Source of the DNA: Saccharofermentanales bacterium
GTDB lineage: Bacteria > Bacillota > Clostridia > Saccharofermentanales > DTU023
Length of the DNA: 64,000 nt
Assembly (NCBI GenBank): GCA_050945515.1
Contig: JBMNTB010000006.1
Location: forward strand, 13,548 to 77,547
Direction: 5' to 3'
The notes under the pieces were generated by a model that did not search any database, was not told the origin of the DNA, and saw only the letters and a list, made by a program, of their open reading frames with translations. The position numbers were made by a program, and so were the translations under genes. This document shows, piece after piece, positions 8,485 through 18,864 of the stretch (positions within the stretch are counted from its first letter, which is position 1; each line of letters starts with the position of its first letter).

Positions 8485-9708
8485 ATGTCGGAAACATCAA
8501 GTGATAAACCATGTTTCTCAGAGATGGTACTGGTAAGGATTGGTGAGATAGCTCTTAAAGGTGTCAACCGTAGTCTTTTTTTTCGTCAGCTAATTAGTAA
8601 TATTCGCTATCGCTTGCGTGATCTCGGTAGTTTTCATATTGAACAAAGTCAGAGCAGGATTTGGATCCGACCCAAAACTGATGAGTTCCCGTCACAAGAG
8701 ATTCTAAATCGAATTAGCAAGGTATTTGGGATTGTGTCCGCCAGTTTTGTTAGAGCTTTCCCTGCTGATCCAATCCTAATCTGGGAACAAATTTCTAACT
8801 ATGCTGATTGTATATTGTCAAAGAAAAATAAATTAAGTTTCAAGGTTGAAACCCGTAGAATAAACAAAAGTTTTCCACTTGGCAGTTATGAAGTTTCCAG
8901 TACCGCCGGGTCTCTCTTGTTAGAACGTTTTCCTGGATTGCTTACTGTTGACGTTCACAATCCCGATCTAATATTTTCTATCGAAATCAGAGACCAAATT
9001 TATTTGTATGCTGATAAGATACTTGCGCAGAAAGGGCTTCCTGTTGGTACTGGCGGAGATGGTCTGGTTTTGTTATCCGGCGGAATAGACAGTCCTGTTG
9101 CAGCATGGATGATGGCCTCCCGCGGCATGCGTTTGGATTGTGTTTATTTTCATACACCACCCTATACTGGGTTTCCGGTTTTAAATAAAGTGGTCAATCT
9201 CTCACAGATTCTTTCACAATATATAGGAAATCATCGCCTATATATTGTGAATTTCACCTCAGTCCAGCTTGCTTTGGACGATTACGTCCCGGAAAATATG
9301 CTTACAATTATCATGAGACGCATGATGATGAGAATTGCCTCTAAAATTGCCATCAATAACGATCTGAAAGCCCTCATTACCGGTGAAAGTCTTGGTCAGG
9401 TTGCCAGTCAGACTCTGGATTCCGTAGTCACAACCGAACAGGCCTCAGAGCTTCTGATCTTAAGGCCCTTAATAGGTTTAGATAAAGACGATATTACGCT
9501 TAAAGCCAAGCAAATAGGTACTTATGAAACCAGCATTCAGCCATATGATGATTGTTGTACAGTATTTGTGGCCAGACATCCTAAAACCACTGCTTCCATC
9601 GAAGACGCTAAACGAGCGGAACATAAACTTGATTTAGAGCAACTAGTGACTGAAGCTCTGAGCAATCTTGAGGTTAGGACAGTATTTTTACGGGATAATT
9701 TCTCATGA
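8485..9708 (+). CDS. thiI: tRNA 4-thiouridine synthase / thiazole sulfur carrier ThiI
   Basis: THUMP-like N-terminus (RIGEIALKGVNR) and PP-loop motif LLSGGIDSPVAAW. The ATG at 8485 is 1 nt after the desulfurase stop. Confidence 0.9.
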   Translation: MSETSSDKPCFSEMVLVRIGEIALKGVNRSLFFRQLISNIRYRLRDLGSFHIEQSQSRIWIRPKTDEFPSQEILNRISKVFGIVSASFVRAFPADPILIWEQISNYADCILSKKNKLSFKVETRRINKSFPLGSYEVSSTAGSLLLERFPGLLTVDVHNPDLIFSIEIRDQIYLYADKILAQKGLPVGTGGDGLVLLSGGIDSPVAAWMMASRGMRLDCVYFHTPPYTGFPVLNKVVNLSQILSQYIGNHRLYIVNFTSVQLALDDYVPENMLTIIMRRMMMRIASKIAINNDLKALITGESLGQVASQTLDSVVTTEQASELLILRPLIGLDKDDITLKAKQIGTYETSIQPYDDCCTVFVARHPKTTASIEDAKRAEHKLDLEQLVTEALSNLEVRTVFLRDNFS

Positions 9709-9800
9709 AAAAGTAATCTGCCTCTACTGATATGTTATGATTAATTGTGCAGAAAATCTGACTAAATTCTATTAAATATATACTGTTAACGGAGGGGAAA

Positions 9801-11051
9801 ATGAAAATTCCATATTGTTCAGCAGTCGAACAAGTTGATCCTGAAGTTTTTGCAGCAATTAGAGGTGAATTGCTGCGGCAACAGAATAAGCTGGAGTTGA
9901 TAGCTTCTGAAAATTTTGTCAGCAGTGCTGTATTAGAGGCGACAGGATCTGTTTTGACCAACAAATATGCGGAAGGTTATCCCGGCAGGCGCTATTATGG
10001 CGGTTGTGAATATGTTGATATTGTTGAACAGCTGGCAATTGATCGTGCTAAGGAGATCTTTGGTGCTGAGCATGCCAATGTACAGCCTCATTCCGGCTCC
10101 CAGGCCAATACTGCGGTATTTCTTGCAGCCTTAGATCCCGGTGACAGAATACTCGGACTGGATTTGAATCATGGTGGCCATTTAACACATGGCATGAAAA
10201 TAAATATCAGCGGCAAATTTTTTGAGTCTCACAGCTATCATGTATCGCCTAAAAATTGTCAAGTAGATTTTGATGTGCTGAGATCAAAGGCTAAAAAAGT
10301 TAGACCTAAACTGTTAATTGCCGGCGGCAGTGCCTATCCCAGAACCCTTGATTTCAAAGCCTATCGTGAAATCGCCGATGAAGTTGGCGCGCTATTAATG
10401 GTGGACGCAGCACATATTGCGGGCATTGTAGCGGCTGGATTACATATGAACCCTGTTCCATATTCCGATTTCGTAACCTCTACTACCCATAAAACTCTTT
10501 GTGGACCCAGAGGAGGACTTATACTTTGCAAAAAAAAGCATGCTAAAGCGGTAGATTCTGCAGTTTTTCCGGGTACACAAGGCGGTCCGCTAATGCATAT
10601 TATTGCTGCAAAAGCAGTTGCATTTAAGGAAGCTATGCAAGCAGATTTTGTAGACTATCAGAAACGTGTGCTAGCCAATGCTGCTGCGTTAGCGGATGGC
10701 TTTTTAAACAGGGGAGTTGATGTTGTTTCCGGCGGGACAGATACTCATCTACTCTTGCTTGACTTGCGCAAGTCTGGTATCACGGGTTTAGAATTACAAA
10801 ACAGACTTGACCAAGTAAACATCACCTGTAATAAAAATACGATCCCCTTTGAAACTGAATCGCCCAGAATTACTTCCGGTGTTCGACTTGGAACTCCTGC
10901 GCTTACCTCCAGAGGTTTTAATACACAGGATATGAATCTGATTGCCGGTCTAATCTCTGATGCCATATATGACTATAGCGCCAAAAAAGACCAGATCACC
11001 CGCGAAGTTGCGGCTCTGTGCGAGCGATATCCCCTATATGCCGATCTCTAA
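9801..11051 (+). CDS. glyA: Serine hydroxymethyltransferase
   Basis: Full-length SHMT pattern ([41 protein letters not shown]). A GGAGGGG SD lies upstream. Confidence 0.95.
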   Translation: MKIPYCSAVEQVDPEVFAAIRGELLRQQNKLELIASENFVSSAVLEATGSVLTNKYAEGYPGRRYYGGCEYVDIVEQLAIDRAKEIFGAEHANVQPHSGSQANTAVFLAALDPGDRILGLDLNHGGHLTHGMKINISGKFFESHSYHVSPKNCQVDFDVLRSKAKKVRPKLLIAGGSAYPRTLDFKAYREIADEVGALLMVDAAHIAGIVAAGLHMNPVPYSDFVTSTTHKTLCGPRGGLILCKKKHAKAVDSAVFPGTQGGPLMHIIAAKAVAFKEAMQADFVDYQKRVLANAAALADGFLNRGVDVVSGGTDTHLLLLDLRKSGITGLELQNRLDQVNITCNKNTIPFETESPRITSGVRLGTPALTSRGFNTQDMNLIAGLISDAIYDYSAKKDQITREVAALCERYPLYADL

Positions 11052-12390
11052 TTATTCAGAAGATAAGTATAAATATGCTAGGCGTGAGCCTTTGGCTTTT
11101 CGTATGGCGCCGCGGACCATAGACGAGATTGTCGGACAATCTCATATCTTGGCTAAGGGACGAATGCTCAGACGCATGATTGAGGCCGACCGCTTATCCA
11201 CAATCATTTTATTTGGGCCACCCGGCACAGGTAAAACATCCTTAGCCAAAGTTATTGCTCAAACAACAAGCTACCGTTTTCAGAAGCTGAATGCCGTCAC
11301 CTCAGGCGTTGCTGACATCAAAAGAGTTGTTTCTGATGCGGAAAATCCACTAATAACTCCAGAGGGAAAAACGATCCTATTTATTGATGAGATTCACCGT
11401 TTCAACAAGGCTCAGCAAGACGCACTGCTTCCACATGTTGAAAGTGGTACCTTGATATTGATTGGAGCAACAACAGAGAATCCTTTCTTTGAAGTCAATA
11501 AGGCTCTGATTTCCAGATCAACCGTTTTTCAGCTCTATCCTCTAAGCAATAATGACATTATAAGTCTTCTGCGGCGTGCAATAGATGATCCGGATAGGGG
11601 TTTTGGCTTTTTGAATATTGACGTTTCGGATGAGGCCTTAGAACTTGCTGCAGCACTTGCCAGCGGGGATGCCAGGGTTGCTCTCAACGCTTTAGAATTA
11701 GCTGTTCTTACGACTGAACAATCCGATAATACAATTATGATTGATCTGGATATTATGCAGGATTGTCTACAGAAAAAAGCACCGCAATATGATAAAGCTG
11801 GCGAAAACCATTATGATACGATTAGCGCTTTTATTAAATCTATGCGTGGTAGTGATCCTGATGCTGCTTTACATTATTTAGCGAGGGCGCTGGAAGCAGG
11901 GGAGGATATTGGCTTTTTATCTCGCCGCATTATGATCTGTGCTGCAGAAGATGTTGGTATGGCAAATCCACAGATGCTCTCTTTGGCAGTAGCTGCCCAT
12001 CATGCTGTTCAAGCTATCGGACTGCCGGAAGCCAAATTGATACTCGCTCAGGCAACAGTTGCGATTGCAACCAGTCCCAAATCTAATCGTAGCTATCTAG
12101 GAATAAATCGAGCGCTCGATGATATTAGGGCAGGTAATATCCCGGAAATTCCCTTCCATTTGCGCAATGCACCGATACAGGACTTGTCGAAGTTAGGTTA
12201 CAGCGTCGGGTATCAATATGACCATGATTATCCACAGGCGGTGTCTTATCAGCGTTTTTTACCTGAGGGATATGAGGAGGGCCGATACTATCAGCCTTCG
12301 GACAATGGCTATGAGGCTAAAGTGAAAGCCTGGCTCAATGAAGTAAATAAGCTAAGAAAAGCGGGTAAAAGCAAAACTGAGACTGAGTAA
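11038..12390 (+). CDS. rarA: Replication-associated recombination protein RarA/MgsA (AAA+)
   Basis: [17 protein letters not shown], Walker [10 protein letters not shown], Walker [12 protein letters not shown], and a C-terminal MgsA domain. The start is uncertain: the ATG at 11038 overlaps glyA by 14 nt, and alternatives are 10960 or 11104. Confidence 0.85.
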   Translation: MPISNYSEDKYKYARREPLAFRMAPRTIDEIVGQSHILAKGRMLRRMIEADRLSTIILFGPPGTGKTSLAKVIAQTTSYRFQKLNAVTSGVADIKRVVSDAENPLITPEGKTILFIDEIHRFNKAQQDALLPHVESGTLILIGATTENPFFEVNKALISRSTVFQLYPLSNNDIISLLRRAIDDPDRGFGFLNIDVSDEALELAAALASGDARVALNALELAVLTTEQSDNTIMIDLDIMQDCLQKKAPQYDKAGENHYDTISAFIKSMRGSDPDAALHYLARALEAGEDIGFLSRRIMICAAEDVGMANPQMLSLAVAAHHAVQAIGLPEAKLILAQATVAIATSPKSNRSYLGINRALDDIRAGNIPEIPFHLRNAPIQDLSKLGYSVGYQYDHDYPQAVSYQRFLPEGYEEGRYYQPSDNGYEAKVKAWLNEVNKLRKAGKSKTETE

Positions 12391-12487
12391 CGCGAGTTAC
12401 CAACGACTGCCCATACCTGGATTAATGTTGGCTTAGGTTGATATTAAGTATCCTGGCACGTCTAAATAATGATAAGGAAGATCTTCT

Positions 12488-13735
12488 ATGAATAAAGAAA
12501 GGATCTATTTTGATCATGCAGCAACTACTGTGGTACGTCCGGAAGTACTGTCAGTAATGTTACCAATTTTAGAAACTATATATGGCAATCCTTCCTCATT
12601 TTACGATGAAGGTACAGAAGCATATCAATATATACAGACCGCCAGAGAACAGGTTGCTGAGCTACTCGAAGTGTCGCCGGATGAAATTTTCTTTACCTCT
12701 GGCGGTACGGAATCTGATAACTGGGCTCTTAAGGGTACAGCCATTGCTAAACGTAAACAGGGCAAGCATCTGATCACAACCAAAATTGAACACCATGCTG
12801 TTTTACATAGTATGCAAGCATTGGAAAAAATTGGCTATGGAGTCAGCTACCTAGATGTTGATGGCTATGGTTTGGTTGATCCTAAGGCGATTGAAGCGGC
12901 GATCAGACCCGATACAATTCTAGTATCAGTTATGATGGCCAATAATGAAATCGGAACGGTAGAGCCAATTGAAGAAATTGCGGCAATCTGCAAAGAAAAA
13001 CAAGTTATCTTCCATTCGGACGGAGTCCAAGCATTGGGTGCCATACCAGTCAAACCCCGAGAACTTGATGTTGATCTAATGAGCTTCTCAGGTCATAAAT
13101 TTTATGCACCTAAGGGAGTTGGAATCATGTATATCAGGAAAGGGGTTAAGATAGCAAATCTGATTGATGGTGGTGCGCAAGAAAAACGTCATCGAGCCGG
13201 CACTGAAAACACAGCTTTTGCAGTCGGTATTGCCAAGGCCTTAGAACTCGCCCTTATGGACCTGCCCGAAGAAGCCCGACGCCAAACTGCTCTGCGCGAT
13301 AGATTGATTAGAGAACTGATGACTAAGATACCGTATTGTAAATTAAATGGTCATTATGAGAAACGTTTACCCAACAATATAAATTTATCCTTTGAGTTTA
13401 TTGAAGGTGAATCTATCCTATTACTACTGAATGAGTTGGGTTATATGTGTTCCAGCGGATCAGCCTGTACGTCAGGCTCATTGGATCCTTCGCATGTGTT
13501 AATGGCAATTGGCTTGCCTCATGAGATTGCACACGGATCGTTGCGCATTACCCTTGGTCGTGAAAATACTGATGCTGATATTGATCGCATGATATCTGAT
13601 TTGCCCGGTGTAATAGAAAAACTACGGCGGATATCACCATTGTATGCTGATTTTAAACAGGGCAAGATCAAAAATATCATTCCGGAACGGGGAGCCAACT
13701 TGCTGAAGGGAGAATTAAGATATGAAGTACAGTGA
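12488..13735 (+). CDS. iscS: Cysteine desulfurase (IscS/NifS class I)
   Basis: SFSGHKFYAPKGVGIMY (PLP Lys), CSSGSACTSG active-site loop, HGSLRITLG. It is followed by iscU with a 14-nt overlap. Confidence 0.9.
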   Translation: MNKERIYFDHAATTVVRPEVLSVMLPILETIYGNPSSFYDEGTEAYQYIQTAREQVAELLEVSPDEIFFTSGGTESDNWALKGTAIAKRKQGKHLITTKIEHHAVLHSMQALEKIGYGVSYLDVDGYGLVDPKAIEAAIRPDTILVSVMMANNEIGTVEPIEEIAAICKEKQVIFHSDGVQALGAIPVKPRELDVDLMSFSGHKFYAPKGVGIMYIRKGVKIANLIDGGAQEKRHRAGTENTAFAVGIAKALELALMDLPEEARRQTALRDRLIRELMTKIPYCKLNGHYEKRLPNNINLSFEFIEGESILLLLNELGYMCSSGSACTSGSLDPSHVLMAIGLPHEIAHGSLRITLGRENTDADIDRMISDLPGVIEKLRRISPLYADFKQGKIKNIIPERGANLLKGELRYEVQ

Positions 13736-14195
13736 TAAAGTTATGGATCATTTTTTAAATCCGCGCAATGTCGGTGAAATTATTAATGCAACTGCTTCGG
13801 GCACGGTGGGCAATCCTGTCTGTGGCGACATTATGCGCGTTGATTTAAAAATTGAAGGTGAAGTTATTGTTGATGCCAAATTCATGACTTTTGGCTGTGG
13901 CGCAGCTGTTGCTACCAGCAGTATGGCTACTGAGATGATTATTGGCAAAACTGTACAAGAGGCACTCGAGCTTACAAATCAAGCTGTAGCAGATGCTTTG
14001 GACGGTTTGCCACCAATTAAAATGCATTGTTCGGCTCTGGCTGAACAAGCAGTCAAGAAAGCTCTACTGCAGTACTATCAGGAACATGGTCTCCTTAATG
14101 ATGATAATCGTAAACTCTTTTCTATTTTAGAAGAAGATGTGCATGACCATGAGGTCAATGATGAATCAAATCTGCCCGGGATTGAAAATCAATAA
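13722..14195 (+). CDS. iscU: Fe-S cluster scaffold protein IscU/NifU-N, with an acidic C-terminal tail
   Basis: HFLNPRNVG, GNPVCGDIM, FGCGAAVATSS and KMHCS give the three cluster-ligand cysteines of the scaffold. Confidence 0.9.
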   Translation: MKYSDKVMDHFLNPRNVGEIINATASGTVGNPVCGDIMRVDLKIEGEVIVDAKFMTFGCGAAVATSSMATEMIIGKTVQEALELTNQAVADALDGLPPIKMHCSALAEQAVKKALLQYYQEHGLLNDDNRKLFSILEEDVHDHEVNDESNLPGIENQ

Positions 14196-14224
14196 TTAAT
14201 TATATAAGTCCCTAACCAAATAAG

Positions 14225-15226
14225 CTATTCATGTTCAGTATCTGACTGATATCTGCGCACGCCGCTGAGTGGATTCTTTTCCACTGCAGCGTGCAAAGCG
14301 TCTTTGCTTGTATGAGTATAAATCTCAGTAGTTGCAACACTTTCATGACCCAAAATCATTTGTAAATTGCGGATATCCACCTTGCCGTACTGGTACATCA
14401 AGGTAGCAGCAGTATGTCTTAATTTGTGAGTTGAATAACGTTTAGGATCAATGCCGGCAGCCAGCATACTTTTTCTTATCACATTTTGCACCGCTCTGGC
14501 GCCCATTCTTTTCCCCAAGCGGCTGATAAAAAGGGCATCCTTATCGCTTTCCTTAGGTTTGATGCGCTCCGGATAATAATCATTAAGAGCAGCGATACAA
14601 GCACCATTTAAATAAATTGTTCTCTCTTTCCCACCTTTACCCATTACTATCAATGTGTCTTCTCTAATATCCGATAAATTAATACTAACCAGCTCCGATA
14701 GACGCATGCCGCAATTTAGAAAAAGCGTAATAATAGCATAGTCGCGAGCGCGATATAATTTGTCTGTGCTTTCAGCTGCAGCTAATAGCTTCTTACTGTC
14801 ATCTAATGTTAAATAGCGGGGAAGACGCCTTAATTGCTTAGGCATCTCCAGATTTGCAGCCGGATTTTCATCTAAAAGATTGGCTTTAGTAGTCAAATAA
14901 TGGAAGAATGAACGAATCGCAGATATATGCCTCGCTCTGGTAGCAGCACTATTCTTTCTCTCAGTGCTGAGCCAGGTAATGTACAAATAAAGATCACTTA
15001 ATTGGATTTCCTGTAGGAATCGATCATTGGCCTGGGATAGATCGATGTCATCCCAGATCTGATCAGCGGGAAGGTCAAGTTTTCTGCTGAGCTGGAAGCG
15101 CAGAAACATCATCAGATCATATCTGTATTCTTTGATAGTTGCAGGTGACCGCTCACGAATCGCTTGGAAATAACCAAGGAAATCATCAAGCCTTCTGCAT
15201 TTAGTTTTATCATTCATAATTGCCAT
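14225..15226 (-). CDS. Tyrosine recombinase, XerC/XerD family
   Basis: SAM-like N-terminal domain followed by the catalytic pattern GMRLSEL...GKGGKERT...HKLRHTAAT...LGHESVATTEIYTH (R-K-H-R-H-Y). I cannot distinguish XerC from XerD by eye. Confidence 0.85.
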   Translation of the reverse strand: MAIMNDKTKCRRLDDFLGYFQAIRERSPATIKEYRYDLMMFLRFQLSRKLDLPADQIWDDIDLSQANDRFLQEIQLSDLYLYITWLSTERKNSAATRARHISAIRSFFHYLTTKANLLDENPAANLEMPKQLRRLPRYLTLDDSKKLLAAAESTDKLYRARDYAIITLFLNCGMRLSELVSINLSDIREDTLIVMGKGGKERTIYLNGACIAALNDYYPERIKPKESDKDALFISRLGKRMGARAVQNVIRKSMLAAGIDPKRYSTHKLRHTAATLMYQYGKVDIRNLQMILGHESVATTEIYTHTSKDALHAAVEKNPLSGVRRYQSDTEHE

Positions 15227-15393
15227 AGTTATACTTTCTGACAGATAATAAATTTGACTTGTATTGATCCTTTGAATTAGGTAAAGTTAGTAAATCGGGT
15301 CAACGACCATGAGAATATTGCTATCATTATTATAATATTATCTGCTTTACAGATTAATTACAAAGATGAGAGCCTATAGGAGGATGAATCAAT

Positions 15394-16482
15394 ATGGTAA
15401 GAAAATACCGCGTCGGTGTTATAGGGGCGACAGGATATGTTGGGCAATACTTCGTATCATTGCTGACTGACCACCCCTGGTTTGAAATAAAACATTTATT
15501 TGCTTCCGAGCGTTCAAGTGGCATGGCCTACCAAGATGCTATTAAAAACCGGATTAAAACTACTAGGCCGCCAGTTGAAAAAATTGCAAATCTTAAAGTA
15601 TCTTCATTGAATGATCTGGAGTCTTTTGTTGATGAATTGGATTTTGTGTTCTGTGCCGTTTCAATGCCCAAGGAAGATATTTATGTTCTGGAGGAAAAAA
15701 TTGCTAAACTGGAGTTACCGGTAGTATCAAATAACTCTGCCCATCGCAGTACTCCGGATGTGCCCATGATAATCCCCGAAATCAATTGGCAGCATGCCGA
15801 AATCATTGACGAACAAAGAAAGCGCTTAGGAACTAAAAAGGGCTTCATAGCTGTCAAACCTAATTGCTCTATCCAGAGTTATGTGCCGGCAATTCATCCG
15901 TTGATGTCATTCGGTCCTACAAAAATCAACGTGGTTACTGCCCAAGCTGTATCCGGTGCCGGACGTAGCCTGGAAGACTGGCCGGAGATGAAGGCCAATG
16001 TAATTCCTTATATTGACGGAGAAGAAGCGAAAAGCGAATTAGAACCTTTAAAAATTTGGGGTCAGATTTCAGATAAAGAAATAGCGCTTGCCTCAAAGCC
16101 TATAATTTCGGCCCAATGTTTACGTGTTCCAGTTGAGCATGGTCATTTAGCTGCTGTCTCCATGAGCTTCGAGAATAATATAACAAAAAATGATATCATA
16201 TCCGCCTGGAATAATTTTGCACTTCCGGAGCAGGTGAGAGGCTTACCCAGTTCGATTGAACCATTCCTCTACTATCGAGAAGAGAATGACAGACCTCAAA
16301 CTCGAATTGATGCCGGGGCTGGAAAAGGTATGCAGATAAATATTGGTAGATTACGAGAGGATAATCTCTTTGACTATAAGTTTATTTGTTTATCACATAA
16401 TATCTTACGTGGCGCTGCCGGCGGTGCTGTGCTGATGGCAGAGTTACTGTGCAGGGAAGGCTGGATCAAACAAGAGGATTAG
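15394..16482 (+). CDS. asd: Aspartate-semialdehyde dehydrogenase
   Basis: N-terminal Rossmann motif VGVIGATGYVGQ, active-site region KPNCSIQ, and length of 362 aa. Confidence 0.9.
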   Translation: MVRKYRVGVIGATGYVGQYFVSLLTDHPWFEIKHLFASERSSGMAYQDAIKNRIKTTRPPVEKIANLKVSSLNDLESFVDELDFVFCAVSMPKEDIYVLEEKIAKLELPVVSNNSAHRSTPDVPMIIPEINWQHAEIIDEQRKRLGTKKGFIAVKPNCSIQSYVPAIHPLMSFGPTKINVVTAQAVSGAGRSLEDWPEMKANVIPYIDGEEAKSELEPLKIWGQISDKEIALASKPIISAQCLRVPVEHGHLAAVSMSFENNITKNDIISAWNNFALPEQVRGLPSSIEPFLYYREENDRPQTRIDAGAGKGMQINIGRLREDNLFDYKFICLSHNILRGAAGGAVLMAELLCREGWIKQED

Positions 16483-16507
16483 GGTTGAGACGGTTAGAGA
16501 TAGATAT

Positions 16508-17791
16508 ATGACGACAGCTACAACCAGTATTGAAAATGAAATTATGCAACTTGCTGCATTAGTCGGAACAGGGCTTTTGCAGAATGGTGCAGAAACTTAT
16601 CGTGTCGAAGACAGTACGAAAAGTATTCTGGACAGTTACAGTGAATATCTTTCTGATCCGCAGGTATTTGCAATCACTCACTATCTCACAGTATCAGCAC
16701 AGGATAGGAATGGAAACACTATAGTCATAACCAAACTTGTTAGAGAAGTTGAGACAAATTTAAACCGGGTACATCTTTTAAATGATTTTACAAGGCGTGT
16801 TTATCGGGAAAGACCTGATGTTAAGATTGCACTTAATGAAGTCAATGAGATTCTTGTTACTCCCAGATATTCACAGTTTATCTATACACTTGGTGTTGCA
16901 ATGACAGGCTTTGCTTTCACTTTATTATCCGGCTCTTCCTTAATACCGGCTCTCTGGGCAGCGGTTGTAGCCGCACTTTTGACCTTTATTGTTAAGCCAT
17001 TACGCCGTCTGGGAAGTAATAGAATCTTTGTTAATATTGTCAGGGGGACAATGATCTATGTTCTAATGTTTCCGGTTTTGTTTACGCCTTACAGCAATCA
17101 GATCCATCTTATGACGGCGGGAGCTTTTATGTACCTATTCCCGGGAATAATGCTAGTCAATAGTATTCGTGATCTTATTGCAAGCGACTACCTGGCCGGT
17201 CTGATCAAGATGATTGAGACTGTTCTGGCAGCTACTGCGCTTGCCGTAGGATCCGGTATCGGGGCATCTTTTTTGACCAATGTTTTCAATAGACCACATT
17301 CAGAATTGCCGACCTTAACTTCGATTGATCCCAATCGACCGGAATCAATTTTAATTGCAATCCTGGGTGTCTTTGCCTTTATGATCATGTTTGATGTCAA
17401 AAAGCTGCCTCTAATTGTCGGCAGTGTAGGGGGAGGCTTGGGCTGGCTAATATATGCACAAATTAATAGCAGTAAAAATTTCGACTATAGCGTAGCTATT
17501 TTTATTGCTATTATCTTTTTGGCAACCTATTCAGAGCTAATGGCAAGATTTACCAAGAAGCCGGTAACAGTATATTTGACAGCCGGGCTATTCCCGTTGG
17601 TGCCGGGATATGATATCTACCGCACGATGAATTATTTTGTTACGGCACAACACGATCATTTCATCGATAGTTTTGTACGCACATTAATCATAACCGGAAC
17701 ACTGGCATTGGGAATTATGCTGGTATCTTCAGTTGCAAAACTTTTCTACAGCTACCAAGTGCCAAACCCGGATCAGAAGAAGATAAAATGA
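16508..17791 (+). CDS. ThrE-family (DUF1212 + DUF3815) membrane protein, putative threonine/serine exporter
   Basis: Soluble N-terminal part with the GAETYRVEDS motif, followed by about 10 hydrophobic helices. This is the fused two-domain architecture. Confidence 0.75.
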   Translation: MTTATTSIENEIMQLAALVGTGLLQNGAETYRVEDSTKSILDSYSEYLSDPQVFAITHYLTVSAQDRNGNTIVITKLVREVETNLNRVHLLNDFTRRVYRERPDVKIALNEVNEILVTPRYSQFIYTLGVAMTGFAFTLLSGSSLIPALWAAVVAALLTFIVKPLRRLGSNRIFVNIVRGTMIYVLMFPVLFTPYSNQIHLMTAGAFMYLFPGIMLVNSIRDLIASDYLAGLIKMIETVLAATALAVGSGIGASFLTNVFNRPHSELPTLTSIDPNRPESILIAILGVFAFMIMFDVKKLPLIVGSVGGGLGWLIYAQINSSKNFDYSVAIFIAIIFLATYSELMARFTKKPVTVYLTAGLFPLVPGYDIYRTMNYFVTAQHDHFIDSFVRTLIITGTLALGIMLVSSVAKLFYSYQVPNPDQKKIK

Positions 17792-17911
17792 TCCTAATCA
17801 ATATCTATATATGATACTAACTGTGAGGGTAGCAAGCTTTTAGCAGCAATGTACTCTTGTCAACAAATTCCACTAAATATGAGCCAATCGTGAGTACTTT
17901 TACATTCAATG

Positions 17912-17941
17912 AACTTCGCAAAATAAAAGTTTTGCGAAGTT
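17912..17941. terminator. Bidirectional hairpin terminator between convergent genes
   Basis: AACTTCGCAAAA-taaaag-TTTTGCGAAGTT: a 12-bp perfect stem with A/T runs on both sides, between the ThrE-family gene (+) and the hypothetical gene (-). Confidence 0.55.
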
Positions 17942-17973
17942 GGGAGGATAGATTTTTTATCAGCAGGACTAAG

Positions 17974-18708
17974 TCAGTCGTTAAGGTCAGAGTCAATTGG
18001 GAAACTTGATGTATCTGGCGCTTCCGAGCTGTTAGATGCCATTGTTGTATTTGTTTGTTCTCCGCCGTATAAGCTGTCTACACCCAATATCTTGCGCCAT
18101 TCCGGAATATCTTTAATCGGGTTATATATTATAAGCATTACCACAACAAAAATAATTATGACCAAGACTGTTAGCAAATTCCTAAGCTTTCTCTGTCGGT
18201 TTTCCTGGTGGAACTTTCTTGTGATTCGGGCAACTGTGGTAAACCCCTTCAGTCGGTATACCCTTGCTCCTGTTTTAATTTGTGAATCTAAATCAAAATT
18301 TCCATTACTTAAGCCTGTTCTCAATATATTCTTTTTCCTAACTGCAGTATGCCCTGTAAGCTTATAGCGCTCATCAAAAAATTCTTTAGACAATTTTTCC
18401 TGATTCAAAATTGGATCGTAAGCAGCCGTAAAGATAGCAGTCTCTTTATCTGATAAATCCGTATCGTGATACCTGGTCTCATCAACGACCGGCGGTGGAT
18501 CATGATATAGGGTCTCGTCAACAACCTGCGACGATAGATCTGACTGATAATCATCTAATTTAATTTGGAGTTTAGTATCTGCTGCTAACAGATTGTCAAA
18601 TTGCACTGTATCATCAATAAGCGCCTGGGAGTCAGTATGCAATGGCTCAAGCTTACTCTCATTATCATTATCAAGAGGCTTCAATTCTACCTTGCGGATT
18701 TTCGACAC
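17974..18708 (-). CDS. Hypothetical single-pass membrane protein (acidic N-terminus, one TM near the C-terminus), divergent from lexA
   Basis: The GTG start is preceded by GGAGGTG at 6-nt spacing. There is one hydrophobic helix (LLTVLVIIIFVVVMLIIY) and an internal repeat VVDETLYHD/VVDETRYHD. I recognise no family. Confidence 0.6.
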   Translation of the reverse strand: MSKIRKVELKPLDNDNESKLEPLHTDSQALIDDTVQFDNLLAADTKLQIKLDDYQSDLSSQVVDETLYHDPPPVVDETRYHDTDLSDKETAIFTAAYDPILNQEKLSKEFFDERYKLTGHTAVRKKNILRTGLSNGNFDLDSQIKTGARVYRLKGFTTVARITRKFHQENRQRKLRNLLTVLVIIIFVVVMLIIYNPIKDIPEWRKILGVDSLYGGEQTNTTMASNSSEAPDTSSFPIDSDLND

Positions 18709-18824
18709 CAGACACCTCCGAGTAATTTGTTATTACTTATACCATTATACCTGAAATATAAATCCCCTACTTCCCTTCTTTCATTTAGCATTTATATCAA
18801 TTTGATATATTTGCTAAAAGATAG

Positions 18825-18838
18825 CGAACAAGTGTTTG
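18825..18838. promoter_or_regulatory. LexA (Cheo-type) box CGAACAAGTGTTTG
   Basis: Matches the Gram-positive SOS box GAAC-N4-GTTC with one mismatch (GTTT). It overlaps the -35 of the candidate lexA promoter. Confidence 0.65.
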
Positions 18839-18864
18839 ACAAGACCCCTATTTCAGGCTAAGAT
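18836..18864 (+). promoter_or_regulatory. Candidate lexA promoter (TTGACA-N17-TAAGAT)
   Basis: -35 TTGACA at 18836-18841, a 17-nt spacer, and -10 TAAGAT at 18859-18864, about 65 nt upstream of the lexA ATG. Confidence 0.45.

Noticed and set aside
9709-9800. Possible riboswitch (ZTP/pfl, THF or T-box) upstream of glyA, and likewise upstream of folD (52787-52832).
   Set aside because: The gaps are only 92 and 46 nt. They lack the conserved ZTP 3' pseudoknot segment (CCGCCUGGGC-like) or any other motif I recognise. The purH upstream region lies outside the window.
14225-15226. Xer-type tyrosine recombinase considered as the integrase of a mobile element.
   Set aside because: It is flanked directly by housekeeping genes (iscU and asd). 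There are no phage, plasmid or transposon genes, no adjacent tRNA and no flanking direct repeats. It is most simply a chromosomal XerC/D-family recombinase.
17795-17822. dif-like 28-mer TAATCAATATC-TATATA-TGATACTAACT in the convergent gap 1.7 kb from the strand switch.
   Set aside because: The central TATATA and 7 of 11 positions of the XerD arm resemble the B. subtilis dif site as I recall it. However, the XerC arm matches only 2 of 11 positions and the inner arms are not properly palindromic. This is too weak to call, though worth re-testing with a proper dif model.
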